NCBI RefSeq assembly: GCF_027921745.1
Contig: NC_079238.1
Span: 4,402,001-4,466,000 of the forward strand
From: Schizosaccharomyces osmophilus
Lineage: Eukaryota
Direction of reading: 5' to 3'
DNA length: 64,000 nt
Positions within the stretch are counted from its first letter, which is position 1, and every line of letters begins with the position of its first letter. A model generated the notes under the pieces. The model saw only the letters and a program-made list of their open reading frames with translations, was not told the DNA's origin and did no database searches. Of this stretch, positions 50,353 through 60,811 are shown piece after piece. The position numbers and the translations under genes were made by a program.

Positions 50353-51204
50353 ATGTCGCATCAAGAGCATTCTTTTTATTGTTGTTATTTAATTCAATCT
50401 AAGAAAACGGCTTCTAGTAGATCTCTCTATATTGGTTCGACCCCTAATCCAATTCGAGTATGCAAAAGAATTTTCATATTCATTGAAACACAAATCAGAT
50501 GCTAACTTTTGGTTTAGCGCCTTCGACAACACAACGGAGAGATACAAGGAGGAGCCTGGAAGACGAGGAATGGACGACCGTGGATCATACTTTGTCTTGT
50601 GCATGGTTTTCCTAACAAAACTTCAGCATTACAATTTGAATGGATTTGGCAGCATCCCAATATATCTAGGCACACCAAGAATAAGGAAGAAAGTGTTAAA
50701 AAAACGCTGAGCTTAAACAGCTCTTTAGTTGCTCTCCAGCAAATTGTGTCCTGTAATTGTTGGAAACGATGGCCTCTGGAAATAACCTTTTTTTCCCAGC
50801 AAGCTTTTGAAAAATGGAACGCAATAAGCAAAGGGAACACTTCTGTAAAGTTTAGCATGGAAGAACGGGAAATAATGGACTTTTACAACAAGGTTTCCGA
50901 AGTAGAATTGATCAAGTTCCCGTCAAAGAACAAGGTGAATCGAAAATCCATTTGTGATATATGTCTTCGTGGACTTCACGAAGGGGATTCATTGCTTTAT
51001 TGTTTGTACGATGATTGTGACATGACGAGTCATACAACGTGCTTGGCAACTCATTATTTAGAAAGCGAGGAGCATATTTTACCAGTTATGGGCCGTTGCA
51101 TTCTATGCTTACGAAATCTTCAGTGGAGCAAACTCATTAAAACCATTCAGAATATGAAACGGGATGATAACGACATTGACAACCAAACGAGCAGTCAAGA
51201 ATAG
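50353..51204 (+). CDS. slx1: Structure-specific endonuclease Slx1 (2 exons)
   Basis: FYCCYLI...LYIGSTPNPIR, intron 50458-50517, RLRQHNGEIQGGA (GIY-YIG), ALQFEWIWQHP, C-terminal RING. Confidence 0.93.
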
Positions 51205-51263
51205 AGAACAGAGTGCCTCTTTCAATCAGTATCTTCTTAGATAATTTAGGTTCAGGTTAATAC

Positions 51264-52533
51264 TTATTGCAGGTTATCCACAACGGATAAACCAGCATCC
51301 GTAGGACCCACTTGCATAGGTGTAACACTAGATGAATTCCACAAATTAATAACTTTCTCAATTCCATGTTTCTCATTTTGTAAAATGCAAAACTGAGCGT
51401 CAAATCCACCTGCACCAGGAACCCCAGTTCCAATTACTCCTTCAATAGCTTCCAATTTATCAAGAATCTTAGACTGAGCTTCAGGCTCAATATCCACATT
51501 CACCTTGGAAGTCAAAGATTGAAGGATTTTTCTGATAGATTGAAAATGGTTTCGCAAGTCAACTGACGAACCGGTCGCAGAAACGAACAGTTGTTGTAAT
51601 GTAGAAACGTGACCGTAAAGATCATCAAAAAGCTTTTGAGAATCTGCTTTGTTTTCTTTTTGCCATTTTTGAACCTTCTTGACCATTCCTGGTGTTCCAC
51701 TTCCACCGGCAACATCGCCCATGAGCAAACGATATTGAGAAGGCAAAGTGAAAGGCTTCACCGGGGACCATTCTTTTGAAATTATGTGCCTTAATTCATT
51801 GGAAAAATTTTCGCCTGCCAACTGATGAGTAGGATCTACAAGCAGATGCTGAATAAGTTGAGGATCAAATCGGCGATAAATACAACTACCCCAGACGGCT
51901 GCACCCACATCAAATCCACTACCAACTTTACCTTGTGCAGCACAATGAGCAATTTGGCTCAAATTGTGGATGATCGTTTTAGAAGGTATGGTCAGTTGTG
52001 GTTGGGCGGGATTCTTGTCAGATAGTTGATTCAAAGTCAAAAATAAAGAGCTTATAAAACTCGTAATCATAGCAGCTGAGCTTCCAAGCCCGGTTTTTTT
52101 AACTTCATGTAACTTGCAATTAAGAAAATTAAATTTGGGATATGCATGCAAGTCTTTTGGTAATTCTGGTTGGTGATAATAGCTATTATCTACTTGAATG
52201 ATGACATTCAAGTCTCTCCATTCCTCTGGATGCTTTCCAGAAGGGAAGATGTAGTTTAAGATGTAGAATATAGCAAGCTGAACAAATGGATTAGGACTTT
52301 GTTTTTCGTCTTTTTGGAAAACCCGGATTGGGGAAGAAGACCAGTCTACCCTGTATAGCCATTCAGCATCAATGAATTGAGGACTTTTTACATGAAGAAG
52401 TCCTTGGCGGCTTGACAATGTAGTTGTCGTAGCATAACCTTTGGCGTCTAAACCCACAACAAGGCCGCTATATTGAGGATCAAGAACAATGTATCCACCG
52501 GCCAAAAGCACTTTTCCAGGAGCAGAGCAAGTA
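51264..52533 (-). CDS. erg8: Phosphomevalonate kinase (5' micro-exon not resolved)
   Basis: [42 protein letters not shown]. Confidence 0.93.
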
Positions 52534-53009
52534 CTGCTTATAATATTAGCAAAAATTCACGAAAGATGATATATGAAACACACATATACATGAGAAATCC
52601 GAGTCTACGCAAACAGTATGAACGTACGAGTTGATAAACAATCAGCAACAACAACAGCAACAATAAAAATAAAATCTATGATATTAAAGAACCAAAAGAA
52701 GGATTTAGTAGTATGAGGAAAAGAGAGCTTTGTTTCATCCTACACGTTCTCTAGGAGTCCCTCGTTACGCTTATATTACCAAATCTTCAAGAACGCAAGG
52801 AAGAGTGGGATGCATTTTCTTTAGAGGAAACAGACTATCAAACTACTGTAGTTCATTTTAATATAAATCAAGCTTTTTGTGAGAGCAATCGTGAACGCAT
52901 TGAATGACACCCACTTCAACTACAGTGGGTTTGTTTACACTCCTTTTTTCGAGCATGCTAATTATTTGACTAGTCAATTCACCCAAGGCTAAATTCTTCT
53001 ATTGATATA

Positions 53010-53448
53010 TCAGGAGAAAATGTAATTTTCAACCCGTCGAACAATACTGAATATCTGCGATTCGTTTTCTTTCTCTCCTTGAAGGAAGCCCATGAACATC
53101 CCACATGATACTGTGTGGGGTGCTTCTAGGCGTTCCTGAGGACAAGATATAGCGAGCTCTGAATGAGTTTGATATTCGTTTAATGCGCTCTGTAGGAACT
53201 CAGTAAAGGCAATGCAGCATTCCTCCGAAGCAAGTTTGCGAATGTGTCTCTTGAGCAAGTTGAAGGTATCACTAAGAGAACGGTGTTGTTTGTAGAAAAC
53301 CCCATCTTTTTGGTATTCAATAGAGAAAAAATCTTTATGGAATTTGCAAATCCTTTACGAAGAACCCTTAGCATGAACATTGGTATTTTCTCATTTCAAA
53401 AACGGTTTCTGCATACTTTGCGGAGACCATTTGTTTTTCCCAAGCCAT
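53010..53448 (-). CDS. Candidate 124-aa orphan gene overlapping the 5' end of img1 in antisense (2 exons)
   Basis: ATG 53448 (or 53430); exon to 53417; intron 53353-53416 (GTATGC..CTAAG..AAG); stop-free exon to 53010; splice keeps frame, branch site imperfect. Confidence 0.45.
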
Positions 53449-53888
53449 TGAAAGGACCCAAGATTAAGGATGTGGTTTCAGAATACGAAAAACGATACCA
53501 AAACAACATGGATGTGGATGGAAAGCGCTTCCAAATGTTTCATCGGTCGCAAAAGGATCGTGTTAGACCTGGAGCTGTCTTGTTAGTGGAAAGCTACTCC
53601 AAATATCCAATAAAAGAAAGTATAAATCGATTTGCTGGCTACCTCTTGCGAGTACGCCATCGTGGACCGAAAAGCTCGTTTTTGTTAAGAAACAATGTAA
53701 TGGGTGTGGGTGTGGAAGTCTTATTTCCTGTATATTCTCCTCAGATCAAAAGCATCACTGTACTGAAAGAGAATGGTATAGCAAAGCGTCCAAGAAGGGC
53801 CTACTTAAGTTACTTACGCCAACCTCGTTTCCGACTAGCACCTGTCGAACCCCTTGTACGTAAATTCATGGAAGGAAAGAAGAAGTAA
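53337..53888 (+). CDS. img1: Mitochondrial ribosomal protein bL19 (Img1)
   Basis: RPGAVLLVES, FAGYLLRVRHRGPKSSFLLRNNVMGVGVE, RRAYLSYLR; start at 53337 or 53373. Confidence 0.9.
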   Translation: MEFANPLRRTLSMNIGIFSFQKRFLHTLRRPFVFPKPLKGPKIKDVVSEYEKRYQNNMDVDGKRFQMFHRSQKDRVRPGAVLLVESYSKYPIKESINRFAGYLLRVRHRGPKSSFLLRNNVMGVGVEVLFPVYSPQIKSITVLKENGIAKRPRRAYLSYLRQPRFRLAPVEPLVRKFMEGKKK

Positions 53889-54467
53889 TAGTCCTTCTCA
53901 TTTTCGATAAAAGATTGTTTATCTTTATAATTATCCCTTTTCCTAGTTCCCTTCTTTTTACCTATTTTTCTCCTTTCATAATCTGAATCATACCTTGACT
54001 TGACTCATTGGTAAAAGTGCTTTCTCTATTTTGAATCTTCAAAGCCTGGCATGATTTATTGAGTCTTTACCATAAAATAAGAGATGTACAGTGTTTTGCG
54101 TATAAAAATGAAAACTATTACATTTTCCTTCATCGTGCTGGTATTACAAAGCTTTTGGAAATTAAAAAGCTTAGTATGATTCCCCTTGGTTCTTAGCAAA
54201 GCAATTACCTTTGTTAATGCTGTAGTTTCTTTGCTTTCGTACTTTTAGTAGACTTTAATGCAAGGTAGAAAAGCGATTCATTATGTTCAGTCGACAGAGC
54301 TTTCTGTTGCTGACGATGTGTTTTATTTTCATTTTATTATCACTATATACTTTCTTATGGTCCGTCTTACAGATTTTATACTTGACAAATTGAAAAACAA
54401 TGAAGCGACCCAAGCTTTCCTCGAGGTAACGGCTTTCTACTGCATACTAAACAAAAGAACAAAAACA

Positions 54468-54992
54468 ATGAAAGTGAAAATCAAAAGTAAGAGTAAATAA
54501 CAGACAATGGGCCTAACAAGTCGTAGGATATCATGCAATTGCTAATTGGACTTGGAAGACCCCTAAAGACGATGTTTGCGGCATTTGTCGAGTCCCTTTC
54601 GATGGATGCTGCCCTCAGTGTCTAACGCCTGGTGATGACTGTCCCATAGGTACGTACGAGAAGCTTTATCTGTTGACGCGATTTTGGGATGATTTTAAAG
54701 GTTACTTCTCATCAGTCTGGCTGTCAAGGCTTGCTTGCTGTGTCTGAATGAAGGATGCTTCAGGTTGTGTTTTATTGTTTGAAACCATTTTTAATCATGA
54801 AGAATACGAATGGAAAAAGCTTTAAAGTTTTACCAGTTTTGACGCTAACTTGTGAGTTTAGTATGGGGGAAATGTACGCACATCTTTCATGCTCATTGCA
54901 TCGAAAATTGGCTTTCAACAGCAGGATCTCAAGGACAATGCCCAATGGATAGACAGACGTTTATTGTTGCTGAATCTAGTATCACACCGTAA
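54468..54992 (+). CDS. apc11: APC/C RING subunit Apc11 (3 exons)
   Basis: Spliced translation MKVKIKRYHAIANWTWKTPKDDVCGICRVPFDGCCPQC...CPIVWGKCTHIFHAHCIENWL...CPMDRQ; missed by the ORF track. Confidence 0.93.
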
Positions 54993-55331
54993 TACCTATA
55001 CCTATGTCAGTGATTAGTGCTGACCGTCGTTCTTTTCCGAAATGATCTCGTAGACAACAACATGGCTGGCTATTATATTTATGAACCTCTAATTCGCATT
55101 TTTACGAAACTTTTCTTTACTTAAAAGATCCATGATGAATGCTATGGAACCTAGTTTACGACGACCATACATGATAATAATAATTGATTTACGAGTTTTT
55201 TTTAGAAATTAGACAAAACATTTTATTCATTCAATCATATATATCGGAGACATGCAAAAGGTAATTATCATTCACGTTTCATAACGAAATGAAAAGCTTT
55301 TTTTCTCATTTACAAAAAAAAATGCATTTCC

Positions 55332-56959
55332 TTATTGAGGTTCTTGGTTTGACCATACACGAATAGTGCTGTCGTCACTAGCTGAAGCAAATTGATAGGG
55401 ATCCACTGGATTGTAAGCGATGTAGTTGACGCATTTTGAGTGTCCTGGTAAAGTGCTAAGCAGTTTCCCAGAGTCTCGATGCCATATTCGAATAAACTCG
55501 TCTTGGCTGCCGCTTAATACAAACGTGTCATCTTGACCGCCGAAACATGAACCGATCAGCCAGTTCCCAAGCTTATGACCCATGTATTGCCGAATAATGC
55601 GACACTCTTGTATATCCCAAAGCAATATTGTATGTGGCTCGATGTTCGTCAGGGCATAACGAGAGTCTTTTGAAAGCGATATGGAAGTCACCTTGGATTC
55701 AAGATGAATTTTTTTAAGGCATTCTCTTGTAGGTATGGAATAAACAGCAATATGCTTATCTTCACTTTCCATTTGCTTCTGGTACCCAACAGCATACAAT
55801 TTTGATCCGTCATTACTAATTGCCATATCGTAAATATTGACATCCTTCCATTTATGCAAAATCTCTCCAGTTAACGACCAATGAATAATCGTCATATCAG
55901 GAGACCCAGTAATGAAAGACAATCCATCGGGTAGCCAACAGCAACAGCTCACAAAGTAAGTATGCTCTTTTAAATGCCGGATCTTCTCGCCGGTAAACGC
56001 ATCCCAAAGTATAACCGAGTAGTCATTAGAGCAAGTAAGTAAATAACGATCATCCGGAGACCATTTCACATAAGCCACCTCTTTACTGTGTCCAATTAGT
56101 CGGTGTAGCATCTTCATATTAACCAAATCAAAAATTATGGTAGACTTATCTTGCGAAGCGGACGCTAAGTACTTGCCGCTACTTGAGTAGGAAATTTGCC
56201 AAACTTCACTTGTGTGGTCGTCGAAACAATGTATCTCCTTTGTTGGGATTTCGCTAGGCTCGGCTTGATAATCAGAGAGAAAGGTGAAGTTTTTCAGAAC
56301 ATTATGATAGCATTGGGAAGAAATCTGATGGTTTTTTGCCTGTTCCAAAAGATTCAAGAGTCGGTTTTTCGGCATCATAATGTCAGCGCTTATGTAGAAG
56401 GAGAGTTCATTTAATAAAGCAGTACGGTTGTCTTTTATGCCGTGTGCGGATTCTGTGAATTTTTTTCTTGAAAACATTATTTGCGAGATCAACTCCTCTT
56501 TGCTTTGATTAAAGTATGTATTATCGGTTGTTTGCAAAACAAAGATTGCCTCACAAAGTGATCCCATTTCAGCTAACTCTAAACATTTTTGTTTTTGCAG
56601 AAGAAAAAGCGCTTCCTTTTTGTTTTGTCAGCACAGTGTGTTTACAAAATAAATGATATAACTTACATTTCTTTTGCTTTCGTCCCTCAGCTTCATAGAA
56701 GCAAAGCAACTCTCAGCGATTTGCCAGTCACCGGAAAGGACGCCTTTTTGAAACGACTTGACGTTCTCTGTTTCGTAGCAAAGTCCACTTTCATTTTCCA
56801 AGCATTTTAGAGTACTTCTATAAACAGGTTAGCTAGCAATTCACAATTGAAGAATGCCCTTGCAGGTGGACTGAATGTACTATACCCATAACCGTAATCG
56901 TTCAAGAATTGAAGGATTAGACGAACAATTTCTTGTTCCCATACTTTAGTCAGCTCCAT
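55332..56959 (-). CDS. gid7: LisH/CTLH plus WD40 protein (WDR26/Gid7 family), 3 exons; true start uncertain
   Basis: EIVRLILQFLNDYGY (LisH), PKNRLLNLLEQA, WD40 repeats, SCFGG...FVLSGS, FASASDD. Confidence 0.85.
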
Positions 56960-57574
56960 CTTACGACGTGTTGAGCGACTTTCTGACTCTTGAACAAAGG
57001 AGCGTTTCCTCTTTGGCTGCGTCTGAAAGCTCAGATCGTTTCCCGTTGACGGCTGCACTTTAACAAACGAACTGAGACGACCTGAATTGAAGTTTACGTT
57101 TCTTAAATATACTGGAAAATCCGTTTCCTACAAACTCGAATTTTCTTTCAATCCTTATTCCTAATACAAAGGAATCGTTAAATGAGGTAAAGGTCAAGGA
57201 CGGTAAGGTGCAGCACATAGCGTTTGCAAATAACGAAGTAACACAAACAGTATTTAAACGTCGGTTATGAAGTGAAATGAAATGTATAAATATAAACTGA
57301 AATTGCTTTTGCATTCTTTCCATGTTCTAATATTAAAGTACTAGAGACTATCGAGGAATTGCATCGAAACATGGAAGGAGATTATGCAAAGTACATACTA
57401 AAGGGTCTTAATCCGCATATAGAAACCGTTGGAATAATGCTCTAAGTTTCCTATTTGGTTTTTAGAGCTATAACTGTACTGAAGGTCGAGTTGTCAAAGG
57501 AATCATACAGAATCCGATGATAGATATGACACTCATATACGATTGTATATCACAAATGTACAATCCTACGAAAT

Positions 57575-57693
57575 GTCTACGGCCACACCTAGGCGAAAAC
57601 ACCAGTTCCCGTCCGATCACTGCAGTTAAGCGTCTGAGGGTCTCGTTAGTACTATGGTTGGAGACAACATGGGAATCCGGGATGCTGTAGGCT
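57575..57693 (+). rRNA. 5S rRNA gene (dispersed copy, 119 nt)
   Basis: GTCTACGGCCACACCTAGGCGAAAACACCAGTTCCCGTCCGATC...GGGAATCCGGGATGCTGTAGGCT; fission-yeast 5S with pairing termini; T6 run about 15 nt downstream. Confidence 0.97.
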
Positions 57694-58236
57694 CACCTAC
57701 TTCTCTTGTTTTTTCATTCCTTTTTGTTTTTGACTGTTTAGGTTTTCATAGTTCCTTTGTTTTCAAACGTTGATTCACGTCTGACGACGCTTTCCCGATT
57801 CCCATCTAGTGAGATGTTCCTCATGAAGTAACAGGTGATAACAGGAAGCAAAAGGACGACCAAAAGTGAGTCGATTGAAATTACAATTCTCTTGAAAAAG
57901 GAATTTATCGATTATATTTATTACAATTGTAAACACAGAAACTGGTTGCTTTGGATGTTAAAAATAATAATCGCAGGCGCGTTCTTATTGACTTCTGACG
58001 ACAACAACTCTAAGGGGAAATGGGTTGTTTTCTTGTACTCGCAAATCACGACGGAAACGAATATTAAATGAATCACACTCAGACATAAATTAATCTATTT
58101 CTAACCATCAAGAATTAAAGTCAAATCTAGTCCAATTAGGAAAAATCAAGGGCATAATTATTGACTCCAGCAAGAAATTTCGCACCGCTTACGCTGTTTC
58201 AAGTCACGATGAAGTAACGCTGCTCTAAAATTCGCG

Positions 58237-58260
58237 TTTGTTTACAGATTTATAAACAAA
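58237..58260. promoter_or_regulatory. Inverted pair of forkhead/FLEX-like sites
   Basis: TTTGTTTAC-AGATTTA-TAAACAAA (8-bp inverted repeat). Confidence 0.45.
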
Positions 58261-58798
58261 GCAGATTCATTTCCAAGACTTCACTCGTTCTTCATTGAGT
58301 TGCTTAGTTTCTAAAGTTTTAAAGTATCCGTACAGAACCACTCAAAAAGATGTGTCGACCTCAAATCAAGTGATGGGTTTAATAACGCAAACTTAAAGCA
58401 AGAAATAACTTTTTTTTCCTTTGACGTCTAACAATGATCACTCTCTTTTTCCTAAACTCTCTTCATTATAGCATTACTCATCAGATTCAATAGCTCTTTC
58501 GCAGATCGTAAATCTTGTGTAATTCCATTTAAGCACCTTCTAGATGATATGTTTGGGAATATTATTCAATTCTTTATATTTGCAAGAATGAACCAAGATA
58601 GAATGTTCCTATCCAAAATGGTATTTATAAATGTCGTAACAATGGCCTATTGCAGCATCCCAAACATTAGTTGCTTTGCGCATGCTACGTTATGTAATGT
58701 TTGCTTTGAGCCATTAGATGAATTTCCTGAAAAATTAAATATATAAGGTGATGAAATAAAATAATTTCATTTACAAGCTTCTCTTTATGCGAAATGGA

Positions 58799-58807
58799 TT
58801 TGTTTAC
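58799..58807 (-). promoter_or_regulatory. FLEX (Mei4) motif upstream of the 110-aa orphan gene
   Basis: TTTGTTTAC (GTAAACAAA on the minus strand) about 180 bp before ATG 58989. Confidence 0.5.
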
Positions 58808-58988
58808 ATTATTCGATTTCGATACTGCGCTGTACACTTTTCGCCCCAAAATTCGTACATGTCATGTCATACGGGCGTAAAGGCTAAATAAGTCAAAATG
58901 AATAAGGCGAGCCTTTGAAGTAATAAATCATTTACAAAAGATACGTATATAAGAGACTTGTTTTGTTATACCTGCAAAATATACGAAA

Positions 58989-59388
58989 ATGAATTACTAT
59001 CCATACGGAATTCTTGATGCGAGGGAGTTGGTTGAAGCCGGGGTAAGCATTGTTAAAAAGAATATTAAACAAGGGTAAAAACAATGGCTAACTAGAACGA
59101 TTAACGTAGAAATATGACAGTTTTTTTGAAAAACTGAAGGCGAATAAAGCGGCTTTAGGAGTGGATCCCACAGGTGCTGAAAATGCATATTCTGATCCTG
59201 CCTCTTCCCGTTCAAATGGTAGATTTATTTCTACCCAAGGTGGAGTTGAAATCAACAATCCAATGCATCAACAGAGACATTGGTGGAATTTAGATAGAAA
59301 CGGTAGGGAAATGCGTCAACAGAGACATTGGTGGAAGTTAGATAAAAATGGGAGGGAAAGAGAAATAATAAAGAAGGAAAGATTATAG
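58989..59388 (+). CDS. 110-aa orphan protein with tandem 16-aa repeat (2 exons)
   Basis: AAAATG start; exon 58989-59042; intron 59043-59109 (GTAAGC..GCTAAC..TAG); in-frame join: MNYYPYGILDARELVEAG|KYDSFFEKLKANKAALGVDP...MHQQRHWWNLDRNGREMRQQRHWWKLDKNGRE... Confidence 0.65.
59263..59358 (+). repeat. Tandem duplication, 2 x 48 bp (43/48 identical)
   Basis: Units 59263-59310 and 59311-59358; no indels. Confidence 0.95.
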
Positions 59389-59723
59389 CTTGGAATCATT
59401 TGAAAGTTTACGACCGAGGTCTGTATTTGTTTTCATATGAAGTACAACATTCCTTCTGCTCCGAATATAAAGGACACTGCTCTAAACGCGTTTCCCACTT
59501 TAGTGCTTTTGATATTGAAATTATGAATTGTGGATTTCAATGGTGAAATCCAAGAATGGACTATAATATGTGCTCCATTAGGATTTTCATAATTTTTTAT
59601 GTTTTAAGATCCTTGTACGATTGTGATAGCCGGCATCACATTCGCTCAATTGCTGAGATTTAACGATATTATGAACTGTCATGATTATTTATTATTGACA
59701 AATATAAGCCATCGGGCGCAAAC

Positions 59724-60165
59724 TCAATATTTCGCAAAGTTTTTAAACAAATTGGAATAAACAAATGAAATTGCTAAAGATAGTTTGAGAATGTAAGCCA
59801 GAAAAAATAAACCTCCCTTGTTGTAGTAGCAAAGAAACGTATTACGTAGAATATGGATAGAGGCATCAATCATAATGATATACCGAAAATCTAAGCTAAG
59901 CTTTTTGTACAAGTAGACCTAACCGGTTTTCTCTTAATCAATAAGTAGAAATCCTAGAATAACAAAAGTAAAATATGTAAGTGCAACACTCGAGGTTGCA
60001 CCCAGAACAACCTGTAACATTTAGGAATGCTTTTTTCCGAACATACAAAAGTTCAATTAAATAACTTACGAAAAATAATTGAGTACGAGTCTCATACCAC
60101 TATCAGATTTCCAATTCAATGGAGTCTTGAATCTGGCATTTATGAATATATTTCGGTTTGATTTA
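59724..60165 (-). pseudogene. Decayed intron-containing gene for a hydrophobic membrane protein (wtf/wag-like candidate)
   Basis: Intron 60012-60069 (GTAAGT..CTAAA..CAG) in phase 0 gives WYETRTQLFF|VVLGATSSVALTYFTFVILGFLLID*EKTG*VYLYKK...GGLFFLAYILKLSLAISFVYS; premature stops. Confidence 0.5.
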
Positions 60166-60480
60166 GATTACACCTTTTTTTTTGGGGATTGTTTCTTCTT
60201 AAAAGACGCGCAAACTACAAAATTGCAAACAAACTGTTACTTCGTAGGTAACAGCAACAAGGCAAGTACCTGTATTAAATCTCAACTTAATTATCTAGTA
60301 ATGAAGGATCCAAACGGTTCGGTACGTTTGCATTCACTGATGAAAGAATTGTGTTTATTTTAAATATCGTGCGGCTCCTTTACGAAGGCCTATATAAGAT
60401 CTTCACCACTGACGTTGATGATTTTCGGAGTGTTATAACAAAGCTGGTTGGTAATTTTTTTATATTTTATACCAAACAAA

Positions 60481-60533
60481 CCTCCTTTCTACTATGGTTG
60501 AGGATAGCAGGGGAATCCTGGGCGTTGCAAGCT
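60481..60533 (+). pseudogene. Degenerate 5S rDNA remnant (3' part)
   Basis: Ungapped match to 57641-57693, 38/53 identical by hand count, including TACTATGGTTG, GGGAATCC and terminal GCT. Confidence 0.8.
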
Positions 60534-60740
60534 TCTCGTTCGATTATAAATCCTGTTCTTGAAATCATTGTACGTGAACAATCTCAAGTAAATAGAATAA
60601 CAAGTCTACCTCTCTGTACGAAATCCTTCAACGAATGCGAATAGTGGGCATTCATACTTTCCGTTTTTCCTCTGCTTAATACAAATTCTTTGGCGAGCAT
60701 ACTTATATTTTGATATAAAGCCTCTTCATTCTTAATCACT

Positions 60741-60811
60741 GCTTTGGTGGTTTAGTGGTATAATGCTTCGTTGCCATCGAAGCGACCCGGGTTCGATTCC
60801 CGGCCGAAGCA
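60741..60811 (+). tRNA. tRNA-Gly(GCC)
   Basis: Full cloverleaf; anticodon arm CTTCG-TTGCCAT-CGAAG; GGTTCGATTCC T-loop; T-run follows. Confidence 0.97.

Noticed and set aside
58438..58730. Minus-strand frame MRKATNVWDAAIGHCYDIYKYHFG*... as a pseudogene
   Set aside because: About five stops per 100 codons is what random AT-rich DNA gives; no splice or homology support
59263..59358. Repeat as a CRISPR array or a Kex2-processed pheromone precursor
   Set aside because: Only two units with no spacers, in a eukaryote; no signal peptide or KR cleavage sites; unlike P- or M-factor
57700..60480. LTR retrotransposon or solo LTR in the accessory interval
   Set aside because: No gag/pol motifs, and no TG..CA-bounded repeat or target-site duplication that I could identify
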